Source: Candidatus Hydrogenedentota bacterium
GTDB taxonomy: Bacteria; Hydrogenedentota; Hydrogenedentia; Hydrogenedentales; SLHB01
Direction of reading: 5' to 3'
DNA length: 20,021 nucleotides
NCBI GenBank assembly: GCA_045863295.1
Contig: BTWA01000062.1
Location: 1-20,021, forward strand
Part shown: in pieces, positions 18,141 through 20,021 of the stretch
How positions within the stretch are numbered: the stretch's first letter is position 1
Layout: every line of letters begins with the position of its first letter
Notes under the pieces: generated by a model
Told to the model about the DNA's origin: nothing
The model's database searches: none
The model's input: the letters and a program-made list of their open reading frames with translations, nothing else
Translations under genes and position numbers: made by a program

Positions 18141-18575
18141 CCCATCGGAATCGCGATTGCCTACGCGCTAAACCACTGGGCCGCGCTCGCGCGCTTGCTC
18201 GACGACGGCATCATTCCGCCACTGGCGGAACAACAACGCCGCCGAACAAGCCGTCCGCGGAATTGCTATTGGACGCAAGAACTGGCTATTCCTGGGAAGC
18301 GACAACGGAGGACGCGCCGCCGCCATCCACTACACCCTCATCCAGACCGCCAAACGACACGGCATCGACCCCTATGGATATACCATGGGCGACAATGGCT
18401 GCAACGAAGTGAAGCCATGAAAGCCTGCGCAACGTCCTCCTCCGCCTCACCACCGAACCCAACAACGACCTCCGCCAACTCTTCCCCGGCCAATGGAAAG
18501 CCCCAATCCAAGGCTGAGCGCACCCGTTGCACCAAACCCGTCACGTAGGTACCATGGTGGCTACCGGACGCTTAC
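18141..18575 (+). mobile_element. tnpC: Decayed IS66-family element, 3' end of tnpC plus right terminal inverted repeat
   Basis: Three frames join to PIGIAIAYALNHWAAL..LDDG / NNAAEQAVRGIAIGRKNWLFLGSDNGG.AAA..YTLIQTAKRHGIDPYGY / LRNVL...LFPGQW. Stop at 18515-18517; terminal GGACGCTTAC (reverse complement GTAAGCGTCC) at 18566-18575. Confidence 0.88.
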
Positions 18576-18655
18576 CTGATTTCCAAGTCAGCAACGAGCC
18601 GTGTTGCACTTCAACTTTGAATCCGCGCGCCCTAATTAGTTAAACTTTTAGTGTG

Positions 18656-18997
18656 CTACTCATATATAATTATGAATAAAGGGTAAAAACAAAAGATCAA
18701 CGCTAGTGTCAAGATCAACAACGCAACCTTTACCCAACGGTGATTAATGGTGACGCAAAAAAAGAAAACAAATAGTAGCAGTATCAAATACAAAAAACGT
18801 AAAAGCCCATAAATTACTACATCCACCGGACGTATTTTATCAATCACTCCAATCGGTCCATAGTACACTTGGGCGTAGCGTTGTGGTAGCTCTGACAAAC
18901 TCCCAAGTGTCAAAGCAGTGGAGAATATGGACATCATAGTAACACATAAGCCCAACACAAAAAACACTTGCTTCCATCGTACTCTGAAATTCTTCAT
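18656..18997 (-). CDS. Small three-TM membrane protein, putative Rhs immunity protein
   Basis: ATG overlaps the Rhs stop (TGATG). AT-rich, with three hydrophobic segments, in the position expected for an immunity gene. Confidence 0.6.
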   Translation of the reverse strand: MKNFRVRWKQVFFVLGLCVTMMSIFSTALTLGSLSELPQRYAQVYYGPIGVIDKIRPVDVVIYGLLRFLYLILLLFVFFFCVTINHRWVKVALLILTLALIFCFYPLFIIIYE

Positions 18998-20019
18998 CAC
19001 CACTCGATACCTGTGAGAAGGCTGAGAAAATCGTCACTTGGTGGCTTTCCTGGAATGTCATCTCCGGTTCCGCTATATGTTGTAATACCCAACAATGGCG
19101 TGCGCGCCCCCCATTTCATACAACCATATATTTTCCCCTTGTCGTTTCCCATTGCGCAGACGGCGCAAGTCTCAAAGTCCTGACTGCCTGGAACATTCAG
19201 TGACCCGATGATATTCGGAAAACCGGGATCATCCTCCATAGTGGCACCAGTAGGTCGGCCTTTTTGAAGATGAAGGGGATAAAATGGTTGACTCTTGTCA
19301 TCTGTGTCCAAGTGCCAGTCCCATTGCGGATTGCCAAACTTTCCCAAGCCAAAAGGACGACTCCGGACCATCTGTATGAATGCAATTTTTTCGCAATCAC
19401 AATCATCGGGTCCCCGATAATAGATACCTATACCGTCATACCCATTACCCGAAGCGCCGAACGAGTTGCCAGTAAGAAGTCCAAGTGGATCAAGTTCCGA
19501 TATTGGATTGCCATCACAGTATTCGTATGAATTTGTCCCCCCTATTAATCCCAGAGGATCGCGAGCGGTCCAGCGCGCGCTGATGGACGAAAAAGTTCGA
19601 TAGGCAGCCAAATATAAACCTGCCGTTCTATCCCATGCCATCCCCCCATAGGACACCAACTCGTCGGATGCGTTGTGGCTAGCCAATCCATAGCTGCTGA
19701 CATTGAATAATTGTGTGGTCAGACCTGCATCAGACTGGATCCCAGTAATCGTACTATTGTGATCTCGTATGAAGAAATTCCATTCGGAATTCATCGACGC
19801 CAAATTTTTGACTGCCGAGAGTTGGGGGCCGCAATAAACGAACGAGTCTGCACCCGCCTCCACAGAAATACACTTGTAACCCTTTCCATACCGATACTGC
19901 GTATGATCAGAATCGTGAGTACGTACTCGGCGTTTGCCATTCGCCCCATACTCATACGTCACATCCCCTTCGCCGGGGAAGTTGCTGTCGACGTTGTAGA
20001 GCATGCTTCCGTAGCGGTA
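18997..20019 (-). CDS. RHS repeat-associated core protein, 3' part, with a variable C-terminal domain
   Basis: Frame is open to the window edge (YRYGSMLY...). Contains TYEYGANGKR and RW..RDPLG..GGTNSYEYCDGNPISELDPLGL (PxxxxDPxGL), then a 159-aa C-terminal extension. Confidence 0.88.
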   Translation of the reverse strand, partial: YRYGSMLYNVDSNFPGEGDVTYEYGANGKRRVRTHDSDHTQYRYGKGYKCISVEAGADSFVYCGPQLSAVKNLASMNSEWNFFIRDHNSTITGIQSDAGLTTQLFNVSSYGLASHNASDELVSYGGMAWDRTAGLYLAAYRTFSSISARWTARDPLGLIGGTNSYEYCDGNPISELDPLGLLTGNSFGASGNGYDGIGIYYRGPDDCDCEKIAFIQMVRSRPFGLGKFGNPQWDWHLDTDDKSQPFYPLHLQKGRPTGATMEDDPGFPNIIGSLNVPGSQDFETCAVCAMGNDKGKIYGCMKWGARTPLLGITTYSGTGDDIPGKPPSDDFLSLLTGIEW

Positions 20020-20021
20020 GG

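Overview
GC-rich bacterial chromosomal window with two visibly AT-richer accessory patches. In order: the 3' end of a YHYH-domain gene; a BrnT/BrnA toxin-antitoxin pair whose toxin carries an in-frame TGA; a secreted S9 serine peptidase; REP-like hairpins and a truncated antitoxin-like gene; an AT-rich two-gene minus-strand cassette (Swt1-like HEPN protein plus STAND-class NTPase with C-terminal TPRs); a PepSY-TM protein with a coupled small membrane protein; a lipoprotein; a secreted parallel beta-helix protein; a Tat-signal Fe/Mn superoxide dismutase; a TroABCD-type Mn/Zn/Fe ABC importer whose first permease is fused to a DtxR-like domain; a stand-alone DtxR/MntR regulator; a decayed IS66 3' end; and the 3' end of an Rhs protein with an unrecognised C-terminal domain and a coupled membrane immunity candidate. 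The best candidate for an undescribed system is the translationally coupled HEPN + STAND-TPR pair, an Avs-like anti-phage module with the effector on a separate gene, which is bounded by short degenerate direct motifs. All family calls come from motif recognition by eye. No searches were run and GC differences were judged visually.
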